DNA of 63,803 nt, filler included, from Globobulimina sp. (GCA_003354225.1; 40 parts of 40 records of this genome joined end to end with filler, not necessarily neighbours in it), one strand, 5' to 3'. Counted from the whole stretch's first letter, positions 1 through 12,790 are shown. Notes: generated from the letters alone by a model not told the origin. Program-made: numbers and translations.

Positions 1-873
1 ATGCGATTTCCCAGCTGGAATTTGAATAGGATTGATCTGCGGAGTTTTTGATCTCAGTAGATCCTTTTTGGGGTCAGATTGACAAATTGTACATGATGAT
101 TTCGCAAACTTTACAAATGCAGTTATTTTTCCAGATTGTCCACCAAAATGATATGTCTTGCTAATATTTGCTCGACTAATTGTTTCTCCTGGATGTGCTG
201 CAAATTTTTCATGACAATCATACCACATTCTTGAAACCATGTCTGCGCGAACAACAATTAAATTTGTTACATGTTCTTGATATTCTCCATCGTTCCAATG
301 TCTTTTTGTATCTCTGTAATTGAAATAATTGCCTTTTTTAATCTTTTTAATTTTCCCATTTTTACCTGGAATGGATTTCGATACTAATGCGAGCATTTGT
401 TTCCTTTGATACATCAACACACTGTTTGAATCACCATCTTTAACAAAATATGAGCTGCATTTTCTTTTGTAATTCATTTGGGAGTTGTTTAGTTTTTTTG
501 GATCTAGCACTTTGTTAACGACATCTGGATAAGGTAATGGTTTCTTACCATCTGTTGGTGTCTTATCATCTCTTGCTAAACAAAAATTGGATATCTTTTG
601 ATACTCATCAACAGGCATGAGGTAAGAGTGCAAATCTTTCTGTTGAAAAATTCTGAATGCATTTTGATTTGAAGAAGATGTTGAATTGGATTTGGATTTG
701 GATATCGAATTGGATCTCGAATTGGATCTTGAGCCAGATTTTGCTTTGTGTTTTGATTTATGCTTTGTTTTCGAATGTTTGTGGGATTTGTGCTTGGATT
801 TCGATTTTTTCTTTGATTTTTGCCTATGCTTGGATTTGGATATACCACTGCCACTGCCACCCACTAAATTCAT
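1..873 (-). mobile_element. Ginger/GIN1/Gypsy-type integrase N-terminus (HHCC zinc-binding domain) with a Lys/Ser/His-rich leader; 3' truncated
   Basis: Manually translated ORF from ATG 873 to the window edge (absent from the ORF track): MNLVGGSGSGISKSKHRQKSKKKSKSKH...NYKRKCSSYFVKDG...CHEKFAAHPGETISRANISKTYHF...FVKFAKSSCTICQ...INPIQIP. This matches the integrase H-H-C-C pattern. Confidence 0.7.
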
Positions 874-1126
874 AATATCTAGAACATAAATCAAATTAAA
901 CTCTCATATTACCTAACAAATATTTAACAAACCTGCTTTCTAAACAAATGGTTGGTTGCTTTATTTGTTTGCTTTTATTAACAAATAGTTGGTTGCTTTA
1001 TTGGTTTTCTTTTTGCGTTTTATTTTGTATCTCCGACTCTAATTTATATCTCATAATTACGAAATTGTGGCATATTCGCAGCTGTAATTTCGAAAAATAA
1101 TTACGAAATTTCACAAAACAATAATG

Positions 1127-1300
1127 ACTTCACGTATTTTCTGAAAATGCGTGAAGTTACTACTTCACGTATTATCGAAAATGCGTGAAGTACTTCACGT
1201 ATTATCGAAAATGGGTGAAGTACTTCACGTATTTACAGATAACGTCACGTATTTTCGAAAATACGTGAAGTACTTCACGTATTTTCAACTTCACGTATTT
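1127..1300. repeat. Palindromic ~30-bp tandem repeat (ACTTCACGTATTWTCGAAAATRSGTGAAGT)
   Basis: About 5-6 imperfect copies; perfect 30-bp palindrome at 1257-1286 and 24-bp palindrome at 1245-1268. Confidence 0.9.
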
Positions 1301-1499
1301 ACGGTACAGACAGCACTGATACTGCAGTTTGTCATATAAAAAGAATTTTTGGAATTGATCCAAGTTTGTCATGATATGGAAACAAGTTTCAATTTTTTTT
1401 TCAAATTTGCGCTGTGTGTTATTATATTCCTCCAATATTTCATTTATTTGCAATTGTTCACATATGTATTAGGGGTTGTTCTTATATTGCGCAATATCA

Positions 1500-1599
1500 N
1501 NNNNNNNNNNNNNNNNNNNNNNNNNNNNNNNNNNNNNNNNNNNTTAATTAATTAANNNNNNNNNNNNNNNNNNNNNNNNNNNNNNNNNNNNNNNNNNNN
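1500..1599. other. Artificial contig linker N44-TTAATTAATTAA-N44 (first of 39, about every 1.6 kb)
   Basis: Identical 100-nt spacer with stops in all six frames; flanking contigs decrease in length from 1499 to 1496 bp. Confidence 0.99.
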
Positions 1600-3098
1600 G
1601 TTAGAAAGAATTAATTTCAGTGGTTTGTTTGATCCACGCTGTTTTCAAGAAAACGAAAAAGGTTTAGCCGATGCGTGCGTTGCTTTGGCTGTCGGTATTT
1701 CTATTTATTCAAAAACAGCAACTGCAAAGAAAATGAAAAAAATTAAAAACGAGAAACTTAAAATTCAAATCGCCGGACATGTCAAACATCTATACAGAGC
1801 AATAAAACGTCCGTATGGTTCTGCTTTGGAAAATACACAACAAGTTTTCGCATCCATTCAAAAATGGTTATGGGACAATTTTCAATATGGTTTGTTGGTA
1901 CATCAATTGGATGTGGCAGACTTGAAACAAACGGAAACAATCTTTAATGGGGCGACAGCTGGTCTAAATGAGAAACAAATAGTTAGACTTTTGATCTGCC
2001 ATGGGCATTGTAATTATTGCAGTTAGTCTGTTTTGGGGAATTATTTTATTTTGTTTTTAGGCTACTTTATATCTAATCCTAACTTGGTTTTCGCACCATA
2101 CCGCTTTTGTGGAAAATGCTTGAATGTTGCAAAAAAGAACTCCCACAAGTGTGCCAAACAGCGCACCCTTTTTTGCCATATATGTCGGTCAGAGGAGTGT
2201 CTTCAGCGATATCCAAATTACACAGCACGAACTAAATATTGCGTCGAGTTAACGACAATTTTTTTGTTTCTTTTTACATAAATAATACCACTTCTAGATG
2301 TAACCGATGGTTTAAAAATGAGTACTGTATGAAAACTCATATTTCAAATTTGAGGTGTGACATTGAGGCGCGTTGTTTGGATTGCGGTAAAATGTTATTG
2401 TTTTGTAAACCAAAATCATTAGATTTATATATAGGTAAGACTGTGGCAAGAACTAACCTCAATAGGCATTACTGTGGTATGAAATTTTGTAAAACCTGTA
2501 TTTGTCTGGTCCCACGAGAAAGTCATCTATGTTTTGTTATATCTACTCAAGTCAAAAAAGGAAAAACAAAACAAATGTATTGCAACATAATACACGATTC
2601 AGTTAATTCATTCTTTGTTTAGTTATCTCTTTGCTGACATAGAATCGCGAATCGATAAAATAAGTAATATCCATATACCGATTTTGGTTTATTGCATCAG
2701 AGTATGTAATCAATGTTTAACGGACTGGACGTTAACAGTTGCTCCATGCTGTGGCAAAAGGTATAAAGAATTGTTTTGGTGGTTTACGTAGAAATATGAT
2801 TTTAGGGAACATTATTTTGCTGGGGAAAATTCAGTTCGGGATTTTGTTAGATGGGCTTTCTTTACAGACGAAAATGCTAATTGTTATATTTACAGTCATT
2901 TTGGTGGTGGCTATGATTTTATATTTTTTATACAACAACTTCTCCGTTCTGGTATGGTGTGCTGTCCTTATTAACACATATTCAGTTAAATTCTCGTTTC
3001 CAGGGCACAGACCTGAAAAAATTCTATCCAGAGATTTGCGTATTTTACGATTCAAGGCTGGACGAAATTGTATTTGTTTGGACACTTACAATTGGTTT
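1600..3098 (+). mobile_element. Polinton/Maverick-type protein-primed DNA polymerase B (Cys-rich N-terminal region plus 3'-5' exonuclease), partial, six introns
   Basis: Removing GT-AG introns 2010-2060, 2248-2297, 2387-2434, 2577-2622, 2761-2805 and 2952-3003 gives one frame: CxxC clusters, YLFADIESR (ExoI), HIPILVYC, FAGENSVRDFVRWAF, SHFGGGYDFIF (ExoII), CLDTYNWF. Confidence 0.8.
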
Positions 3099-3448
3099 NN
3101 NNNNNNNNNNNNNNNNNNNNNNNNNNNNNNNNNNNNNNNNNNTTAATTAATTAANNNNNNNNNNNNNNNNNNNNNNNNNNNNNNNNNNNNNNNNNNNNAA
3201 ACATGCACTGGGTCGCCTGGGTCGCCATTATGATATTACCGAAATGGCGCTACCGCCGGCAACCAAAAACAGAACAGATACCATATATCCAATAAGACAG
3301 ACATCCATTCCCTAAAGATGTAGAAAGTGCAAATCAATCTTTAAGTGGCCATCATTTCGAACTTATAGGTTTGTTCTATTTGAAGCAGTCTCTCGCTATT
3401 ATTTGAAGCAACCAAGGAGGGAGGACCCAAAGTGACGGACACAGGAAG

Positions 3449-4697
3449 ATGAACGGGAAATTTGCAACATACTGCTGCGATATTTGTGACAAGACATTTG
3501 GCGGAAATAACGGAAAGAAATATATGCCCAAACATATCATGGCTACCCATTTAAATGTTCGTCCTTTTAAATGTCCACATTGTCCGAAAAATTTTGCAAT
3601 GAAGAGAAATTTGAAATGTCACATCACGGCCATTCACGTTGTGGTAAAAGAGAAATATACTTGTGATATTTGTGGCTCAACATTCAGTAAGAAAAACACG
3701 GTTGCTAAACACATTACCCGTGTTCATTATCATTATGACATTGGCAACATCAGTCCTTTCCAATGCCCAATTTGTGTGAAATGCTATAAAACAAAGCGCA
3801 ATTTGATTAATCATATGGTCGTCCACAAAAGAGACGTGAATGGAAAATCTTCAATAGTTTCAAAATACTGTTGCAATATTTGTGACAAAACTTTTGTCGG
3901 AATTCGCGGAAAGGATTATATGCTCAGACACATTATGGTTACACATGTTCGTCCTTATAAATGTCCACATTGTCTGAAACATTTTGCAATAAGAAGAAAT
4001 TTTAAATATCACATCATGGCCATTCACAACAATCACAACATCGCCATGGTGAAAGAAAAATGTACTTGCGATATTTGTGGCACAACATTCAATGGGAAGC
4101 ATAATATCGCTAGACACATTATTCGAGTTCATTCTGACATTTCTTTGCGTCATTGTGGCAAAACCTTTCTGGACAAGCGATCACTCCATGGTCATATAAC
4201 ATCCATTCATAAGTTTTTCTGTGACATTTGCCACAAGTCATTTGCTTATAAATTTGATATTTATCAACACTGTATGACTATTCATTTTGGATTACATAAT
4301 TTTCACTGCCATTCATGTGGGAAAGGCTTTGCAACCATGTACGCTTTGCGGAAACATTTGATAATTCACAAAAATCCGCAGTGGCTTTCCTGTGACATTT
4401 GCGATATCTCATACAAAGGGAAGAAAAGCCTCACAAAGCATATAATTACCATTCATTTGGAATTAAAACCATATAAATGCACTGTTTGTGGAAAGGGTTT
4501 CAAATCAAATCTTTGTAGACACAACTTTGTTCATAAAAGCCTCCTGGAAAGACCCAATTATATTTGTGACATTTGCAATCGGACATTTGTTACTGTCAGT
4601 GGTTTGTTAGATCATATAAAATCATTTCATTTTCGGATTCGTCCTTTTCAATGTACCGTCTGCCCCAGTAAAAACAGTTTCTTCAGGAACTTTTACA
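3449..4697 (+). CDS. Tandem C2H2 zinc-finger protein (~13-14 fingers), partial
   Basis: Repeated CxxC-x12-Hxxx(x)H units with RPFKC/KPYKC linkers; fingers 1-3 are duplicated as fingers 5-7. Confidence 0.95.
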
Positions 4698-4874
4698 NNN
4701 NNNNNNNNNNNNNNNNNNNNNNNNNNNNNNNNNNNNNNNNNTTAATTAATTAANNNNNNNNNNNNNNNNNNNNNNNNNNNNNNNNNNNNNNNNNNNNTTT
4801 TTTTTCAATGCTTTTTTTTTTATACAAAAACACTTCATTTCTCCGAAAAAAAAAACAGTCACTAACTGTAGCTT

Positions 4875-6218
4875 TTACATGCTATGAGCCAACAAAGGAT
4901 CAACTGTATCATAGGGCGAATCCCAAGGTATTCGAGTCAAGCCACCATTTGACCACTTTTCAATCTTAAATATAGTTAGATTTTGTTGAATAGGATCACA
5001 GCCAACAAACTTCCAAAATTTATCCAAACTTCTTCGATCACCAAGTCCGTATTTATCAATCTCCTGTACAATAATATTCTTATTTTCCTCATCAACTCCC
5101 GGTGTCCGAATATCTAGCAATCCCCACAAAAAATTGACTCGCTTCTCGCTCAGATCTCTGGCGTCACCGACCTCCTTTGTATAGGGCATTTTCCCTCGAT
5201 GCGCTTTATCCGCATACCTATGGAACAATATATCATATTGAGGCGAATAGAAATCATAACCGAATGTCCATGATTTAGTAGCTCGTAAAAACTCCTATTT
5301 TACATATCAAAGTGTACAGTGTATGATGCTCATATTCATATTCATATTCATAGCATACCTCTCCATGAAACAGCCATTTTGTATGCGGGTCAAAGGGCAC
5401 ATTGCTTCGAAAGTGAGCTTTGCTGAAAGAAAAACCCGCCGCCCAATATGGCACAAGTACAGGATGCTGCAAATTATACACCTTCGCATAGCAGCCATTG
5501 GCATTACGTGGCATATGATTTTGCGACGATTCCCAAAACGTTCCACATATATGATACGCAGAGCCTTTTTTCGGTGTAGATTGCCATATTTTCAGTTGTT
5601 TTTCCATTTGATTTTCACCTTTTGGATAATGTGTAAGCACTGCATATTCATTTTGTGTTTGTTGGAACATTTCAATCATTAAATTGTCCCAATTCGGCCG
5701 AAAAAATGTATGCGAGTCCGTAATTAAGTAAAAAGTTTCATCTCTGTAATGTTTGTCTGCCATATATCTGCCCCATGTGGGCCCGAATGCGCCTTTATCG
5801 CTGACACGTGATATTCGGACATGCCACAACAAGGAACATAATGGATGTTGCGGACATAGTATGGAGGCCATATCAAGACAGTCAGGGTATGCATCTAAGT
5901 CTGTTTGTTGATGCACACCAAAAAATATGCGATGTGGCTTGGCAGCAGAAGAGAATGCAGAGATTATGGACGCGTTGCAATCTGTTTTTGCTGTTTTGTT
6001 GATTGTGTTGCTGTATGATGTGGATATTTTATGTACAAACCGGGATCTTTGACACTTGGCATAGCAACAAATATTGTGTGTGAATCATCATTGTTGTGGC
6101 CATGGCGATGGAAGTCATGATGTTGATGCTGAGAGTATTGTTCATGTGTATGTCTTGCCGATGTTATTCTGTATAATATTGGTGATGATGGTTGTGGCGG
6201 ATGAAAGCCCATTAACAT
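4875..6218 (-). CDS. GT60-family GlcNAc transferase (Skp1-hydroxyproline GlcNAc transferase Gnt1/Gnt2-like)
   Basis: IFVAMPSVKDPDC, DSHTFF..NWD, VLTHYP, WAAGFSF, PFDP..WLFHGEE and WTFGYDFYSP motifs; introns 5982-6040 and 5295-5358. Confidence 0.88.
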
Positions 6219-6961
6219 TCCTCTGAATATATATATATATATATAATAATTAAAAGTCTATTTTCAAGCAATCAAGCTTAACATTAAGAATAACATNNNN
6301 NNNNNNNNNNNNNNNNNNNNNNNNNNNNNNNNNNNNNNNNTTAATTAATTAANNNNNNNNNNNNNNNNNNNNNNNNNNNNNNNNNNNNNNNNNNNNCATA
6401 TATAAAAATCTTAATTGTATTGGTAACCCCTTAGAAAATCTATTTTTTAAAAAAATCAACCAACACAAAATCTATATTTTTGAGAATTGACACCAAAAAA
6501 ATTCTAGATCGTAAAATGTGGGTCACCCATCGCCAAGGGGATTCGGCAAACACTTGTATGGGATATGCTCTTTAAAATTATCTCATGCCGTGCTGTAATG
6601 TGCAACATATTTGATCAAATCATATACAAAAAATCGATCACGTTCAACACAACAAATCAAGACAAAACAAATCAAGACGTGCGTTACCAACATGAACATT
6701 TAAAGGTTCTCCTCTTTGTGGAGCAAAAGTTTGTCCATTTACTGTAACAAAAGTTTGTCCATTTCCTCCATCATCTGAATTAGAATTCGAACTACATCAT
6801 TTATTATCTGTGGTCACCACAAAAATTTGCAACTCACCGTCAGGAGCAACATAGCTTACATCCATGCTACCTTTCTTTTCAATTTTATCAGCTGATGTAT
6901 ATCTTGTTAGTTCTAATGATAATACGTACGAAAATAAACGAAAATCCTTTCAGTTTTCACC

Positions 6962-7895
6962 ATGGGTAATAAAGGAAGCAAAACTTCTCTACATTCATCA
7001 TTTACATGGAAGTTACCAAAATTAACACCATTACACATAGACTTGTTATGCAATGGATTCATAACACGCAGCATCAGCAAACTTATGCCAACAGATGTAA
7101 TTAATTTATGTATACAATATTTCAATGATGACGTTGAAATAGAATCGATCAAAAACGCTAAAAACTCGGCTTGCTATAAAAGCAATATATTTAGTATTAA
7201 CCAATTTAAATTCTATATGGATTTGTATCCAAATGGATTCGAACCAACAAACATCGGTTATGTTGATGTATTATTGAATATATTATCAATCCCACCAACT
7301 ATCGACAGTGTAAAAGTAAAATATAGCATATCATTACAAGAAACCCATACAAACAGTAAAAATTCGTCGACATTTGACCGACAAAACATTGGTTATTTAT
7401 GGAACCAAAAATTAAGATTAAACAAAATAAAATCATTACAAACCCTGACCTTTGTACTGATTATCAAAAAAGTAAAAATATATTATTCGAATGAGAATAC
7501 TGAAGAAATGCCACAAAATAAAATTAATATTCAAACAGATTTAATATTACCCAAAAGTTCGTACACTTGGAATATAAACAACAATCAGATAAAAACTAGA
7601 AAAAATAACTCCGATTTATTAAAAAGTGAAATATTTCCCATTGGTGGCTTTAAATGGATGCTGGAAATATGCAAAATGTCTGATGGTTTGGATGGTGTTA
7701 TATTGTCATTATTGGCATTATCGTCCAACATATGCAGTGTATGCATCTATTTTGAAATGGGATTGCATGAAAATGAAGATATTTTAAAACATGGTTGGAC
7801 AGAATTTCATTTTGTAAATTTATATCACATTATTTGTCCCCATTTAGATTTCGATAATATAAATATATACAGAGTGTGGATTACAATATGTATTC
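6962..7895 (+). CDS. MATH/TRAF-like tandem domain protein with possible N-myristoylation, partial
   Basis: MGNKGS start; two beta-rich repeats, SNIFSINQFKFYMDLYPNG and SEIFPIGGFKWMLEI. Confidence 0.65.
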
Positions 7896-8774
7896 NNNNN
7901 NNNNNNNNNNNNNNNNNNNNNNNNNNNNNNNNNNNNNNNTTAATTAATTAANNNNNNNNNNNNNNNNNNNNNNNNNNNNNNNNNNNNNNNNNNNNAACCG
8001 AGTTATTTTTTTAAATATATTACGATGAGACACCGGCATAGCGACGATTGGTGAGGTGTTTGATAAGATCAGTAAAAAACAAAAAAACCTTTTCGAACAG
8101 CAAAAAAATCAGTACTTATCGGAGAGCCCTATTCAATACAGCGATTATACAGGTAATATGGAGGATTATTATGGAGTCATTGAGGAATTTGAAATTAAAA
8201 TAATTGAATTTGTGCATCACATGATTTGAATTTTATCTTCCCCATTTTTTGGTGTTTAGAACGGTGGGAACCTAAAAAAAATGTGCAAAAAGGCATGACA
8301 ATATGGACATAAAATAAAAGTAGCTCCATAGAAGAAAAAAGCAGTAGTTATTGGAAATTAATATTGTTTGCAAGGCTTTTGTTTCGTTAATTAATTATTC
8401 TGCATATGTTTGCACATAAAAAAAAATATCCTCCACAATTTTGTTTCAATTGAAGTAGTTTAAAGTGCAAGGATACATAAATTGCAGCCAAAAATCATCA
8501 ATAATTATTCACCACATCTCGATATGATTTAAAGTGCAAGGACTCATAAACTCCTTTCTGTTTAAACCCATCCATATCAGACACCGACACAGCAGACAAT
8601 GCATTGGATGTATTTGCAATTTGCTCCTAAATCATCAAAATATTCCACTTGGTTTAATCTCTCATCATAGTCATCCAATAACCAGTCATCCAAACGATAC
8701 CTTTATTGAATATATTATGCGAATTTGCGTATGTAATGTATATTGCTTAACTGCAGGTGTATATCGACGCTCAT

Positions 8775-8840
8775 TGACCACGGCAGGTGTCGAACCTGCA
8801 TAATTGGGTAAATCAATGCTCTACCAATTGAGCTACCGGT
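8775..8840 (-). pseudogene. Degenerate tRNA or tRNA-derived sequence
   Basis: Intact D arm/A box TAGCTCAATTGGTAGAGC and T arm/B box GCAGGTTCGACACCTGC; broken acceptor stem and shortened anticodon/variable region. Confidence 0.7.
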
Positions 8841-8958
8841 ATGGTATATATGAGTACTAATATGCGTATATCTTATCGGGAACACTACTGTACTGCAATA
8901 TTAATTTGGTAAAAATATGAAATCATCGAAAATTGTAAATTCCGATGAAATATCCAAA

Positions 8959-9157
8959 TTAATTATTACATTTTCAGATTTTATAACAATTATAACATTG
9001 TGTTTTGTATATGAAATCTCCAATATAACTTTTTGGAGAGGCAACGACTATAAGGAACAGCCGATGGGTGGGTTTCATATGTTGTTATGTTGAAACAAAA
9101 AATACAATGTTATTAGGGGTACCATGTTGTTATAAAATCTAAAAATGTAATAATTAA
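8959..9157. mobile_element. MITE-like foldback element, 31-bp inverted repeats with TTAA at both ends
   Basis: 8959-8989 and 9127-9157 are reverse complements with 1 mismatch; weaker inverted similarity continues inward. Confidence 0.7.
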
Positions 9158-9594
9158 GAATTCTGATTAACTAAGAATTCTGAAATGAGCGAAAATTATA
9201 TCTTTGAAGTTTTTTTTGTTTCACAACTAATCATTACTTGTCCAACTAGAAACAGACAATCAAAAAATATCCACATATTTATTCAATGGCCGCAAAACAA
9301 ACAGAAAGAGAATTAGTTGAATCATTTTTAAAAACCGCATTAGCAAAACAGAAAACGTATAAGATCTCCCAAGAGGTATTTGATGACTTAGTTGAAGAAT
9401 GGATGGATATGAGCGACGTTGACACATTAGAAAAAACACTTGATGCGCCATTTGCGGCAATAAGGTATTTATTTGTATAAATTAAACAATGTTTNNNNNN
9501 NNNNNNNNNNNNNNNNNNNNNNNNNNNNNNNNNNNNNNTTAATTAATTAANNNNNNNNNNNNNNNNNNNNNNNNNNNNNNNNNNNNNNNNNNNN

Positions 9595-11056
9595 AACAGC
9601 AAGACCTGTTTCTTGGTGACGGCCAGTCCGAGTCGGTATAACATGGAGGAGACCATCGGGACACTGAGGTTTGGAAATCGCGCCAAATCCATCAAGAATG
9701 AAGCAAAAATCAATCAGGAACTATCTGTGACAGAATATAAAAAGTTATTAGAGAAAGCGAAGAAGAGAGAGGAGATTTTGAAACAACAAATACGTGCCTT
9801 ACAGACACAGAATGGACTGTTGGTGGAGGAGTGCAAGAAGAATAATATTGATATTAGTAATATATCCTATAAACATCAACATAAATCCACTCAGAATACC
9901 AATATGTTGGTGGCCATGGTACCGAATATGAGTGCGTCGGGCGGGGGCATTGACAGTCAGGCTATGGAAGTGTTGCAGTGTAAGTTGGATGCTATCAATG
10001 ATGAAAAGGGCAAATTGCAGCGTATGGTGGATAAGAAAGAGGAGGAGCTACAAGATGCAAATCAAGAGTTGAATGAGTGCCATACACATATACAGGAAAT
10101 GCAGCAGAATGCATCCGAGTTACAAAAGAGATACGAGGAGCTACATTCGGCCAAATCCCATTTGGATCGCTTGTTTCAATCACTTAATTCTGGCAATGAT
10201 GCCACACAAAATAGGTTTGCTACGGAGAAACTGCAGTGGAATGAGGATAAAATACAACTTTTGGACGAAGTGAGGAGTAAAGATAATAAGATTGATGAAT
10301 TGAAAACGATTCAGATGCAAAACAATAAATTGGTTAAAGAGTTACGGGAACAGCTAATCACTGCGCATAATATGCAAAATAATGTGATAAAGCAAGAGAA
10401 AAAAGAGGAGGAACAAGTGGTGGAGACAGCAGTTACAAATAAGAATGGGTTGAATGAGAGCTCTAAGGCGCAAATGATAGCGTTGTTAGATACAGCTCGG
10501 AGATATAGAGCACAGAATGATAAAAATAGTGACGAGATTAAGAAGTTGAGAGAGAAGTTGAAAGCATATAAGAGGAGGGATGAAGTTAATAAACAATTGC
10601 GAGAGAACTGGAATAAACAATTAAACCAAATGGAACAAGCGGTATTGTTAGCGAATGAGATTTATAATCGAGAAAGAACGCGGCATGAAGTTAAGTGTAA
10701 AGTGTATATGTCACTTGTGACGAAGTTTGATTTTTAACTGAATTTTTAAGGCTGAAATGGCTGAGAAAGATGTGGAAATATTAAAGTTGCGCAAGTTTTT
10801 ATTGTCGTTTACTAATCGCCATGCCAAGTCTAGCAAATCTATACCATCATCCAATGGACATTCTGGCGGCTCAAAACGGAATCATTTGGTGGCTCAATTT
10901 AAACCAAATGCGCCCGGTGCGCGGAAATCTAAAATTGTGAAACCAAAAGTAATTAAAGCTGGTGGCAATTCTGTTAAAATAAGCAGTGCATTTCACAACA
11001 AACGGAGTATTATCAGACCGAAAATAATTAAAAGGGAACAAAAATCTGATGATTAA
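9595..11056 (+). CDS. Kinesin (kinesin-1-like): end of motor domain, coiled-coil stalk and tail; 5' partial
   Basis: NSKTCLLVTASPS..EETIGTLRFGNRAKSIKN; long heptad region; intron 10690-10750; tail KIVKP resembles the IAK motif. Confidence 0.9.
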
Positions 11057-11192
11057 AATGTTTAATATTTGTCTTACCCATTGTCTATTGTANNNNNNNN
11101 NNNNNNNNNNNNNNNNNNNNNNNNNNNNNNNNNNNNTTAATTAATTAANNNNNNNNNNNNNNNNNNNNNNNNNNNNNNNNNNNNNNNNNNNN

Positions 11193-12690
11193 CGGAAAAA
11201 CCTGTGGATTTGTTCAATTTTGTTCGTATTATCTTGTGTTGTTTAGGCATTGGCTCATTATTATCAATATTCACATTATTCTCAGCTCCGGATTACTTAC
11301 AATTGCAATTAGATTTAAACTCAGATCAACAAATATTATATTTCATTACACCCGCATACATATTGCCAAATCTCATCGTGACAGTATTCATGGTTCGTTA
11401 TGGATATTATCCATCCTTTGAAATAAGAATCGTTTCATGTTTTATAATCACTGCAATATGTCTCTTAACAATACCAATATTATTTGTTCATAAAATTATT
11501 AGCATATTGGGTCAGAGATTAGTATTTTATGCCATAGTATTATTATCGGCAATTATCGGTATAACCTCTGCTATTTTATCAACGTCAATATTAGCATTTT
11601 GTCAATTTTTCCCCATCAAATATCTGCGAACGTTAGTCATTGGACAGTCCATTGCAATGATATTAATTTGTCTCATCCGCATTGGAATTAAATTATTATT
11701 CAGCTTACAAACTGGCGGTACAATATATTTCAGCATATCTGCTGCAATCAACATGTTATGTGCCCTATTATTTGTATATATTATCACACATTCACCATTT
11801 GTCGCGTATTACATTCATCCTTATTTAGCCTCAAAAGATCGCAGATTTATAGAAACGAAAATAAAACAATTCGAACAGCAACAGATCGAAACGATAGAAA
11901 ACAATCACAATGCTCCAAAAACGGATTCACGATCGATCCGGCATTCTGTAGCGATTATACCCTCACAATTGTCATATTTTAGCAACATAAAACACTTCAA
12001 ACATAAACCAATCGGCAAACAACATCCAAACACTCCAATACGGAAAGATAAAAAACATAAACAATCCTCGCCGCTGCAACAGATCAATGATGTCAATATA
12101 TTTTATGAACAGGATCCGGACGAATGTACACTATCTATGCCAACAAACACACTCAAAGTGCCAACAAAAACACTATCTATGCCAAGCAATCGAAGTGCAT
12201 CCATTGATGACATGGAATTAAAACAAAAAAATTCAGCCGATTTACATGACTTAAATGGCTTATCATTGAGCAGTTATTCAATACGAAGTCATTCTGTATA
12301 TATGGATAATGTGTCAAATTGTGTATCTTCATCGATTGTAAATGCACAGTCACAGCCAAATACGATAAAATCTGCATTGATGGCATCAAATGGAATAAAC
12401 AAACAGAATATTTTGGATTTACGGGATCGTGAACACGATCGTGCGAAGTCAGAGATTGTGGTCTATCCGGCCACATATACCCATACACATACACATATAT
12501 CACCAGATAGATCACAATACATTGATGTGAATCTAGCGCCACAGTCACCACAATCGCCCATTGTTGGATATCAATTTAATTTTCAACAGCTCCGCATGCG
12601 CCACCCATCAAATATACATTCATCATCGATATCTTTCAGTGGGTTGCGGTACGAATATCGCTTGGTTGCACAGAAAATATCTACACCATT
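11193..12690 (+). CDS. Equilibrative nucleoside transporter (SLC29/ENT), partial
   Basis: LGIGSLL..F.APDY, six hydrophobic helices, GQS motif, then a long Ser-rich cytosolic loop. Confidence 0.8.
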
Positions 12691-12790
12691 NNNNNNNNNN
12701 NNNNNNNNNNNNNNNNNNNNNNNNNNNNNNNNNNTTAATTAATTAANNNNNNNNNNNNNNNNNNNNNNNNNNNNNNNNNNNNNNNNNNNN

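Noticed and set aside
576-889. Track ORFs with DLDLD, WIWI or NPNP repeats (similar ones at 36050-36637)
   Set aside because: Shadow frames of the real SKSK-rich coding sequences.
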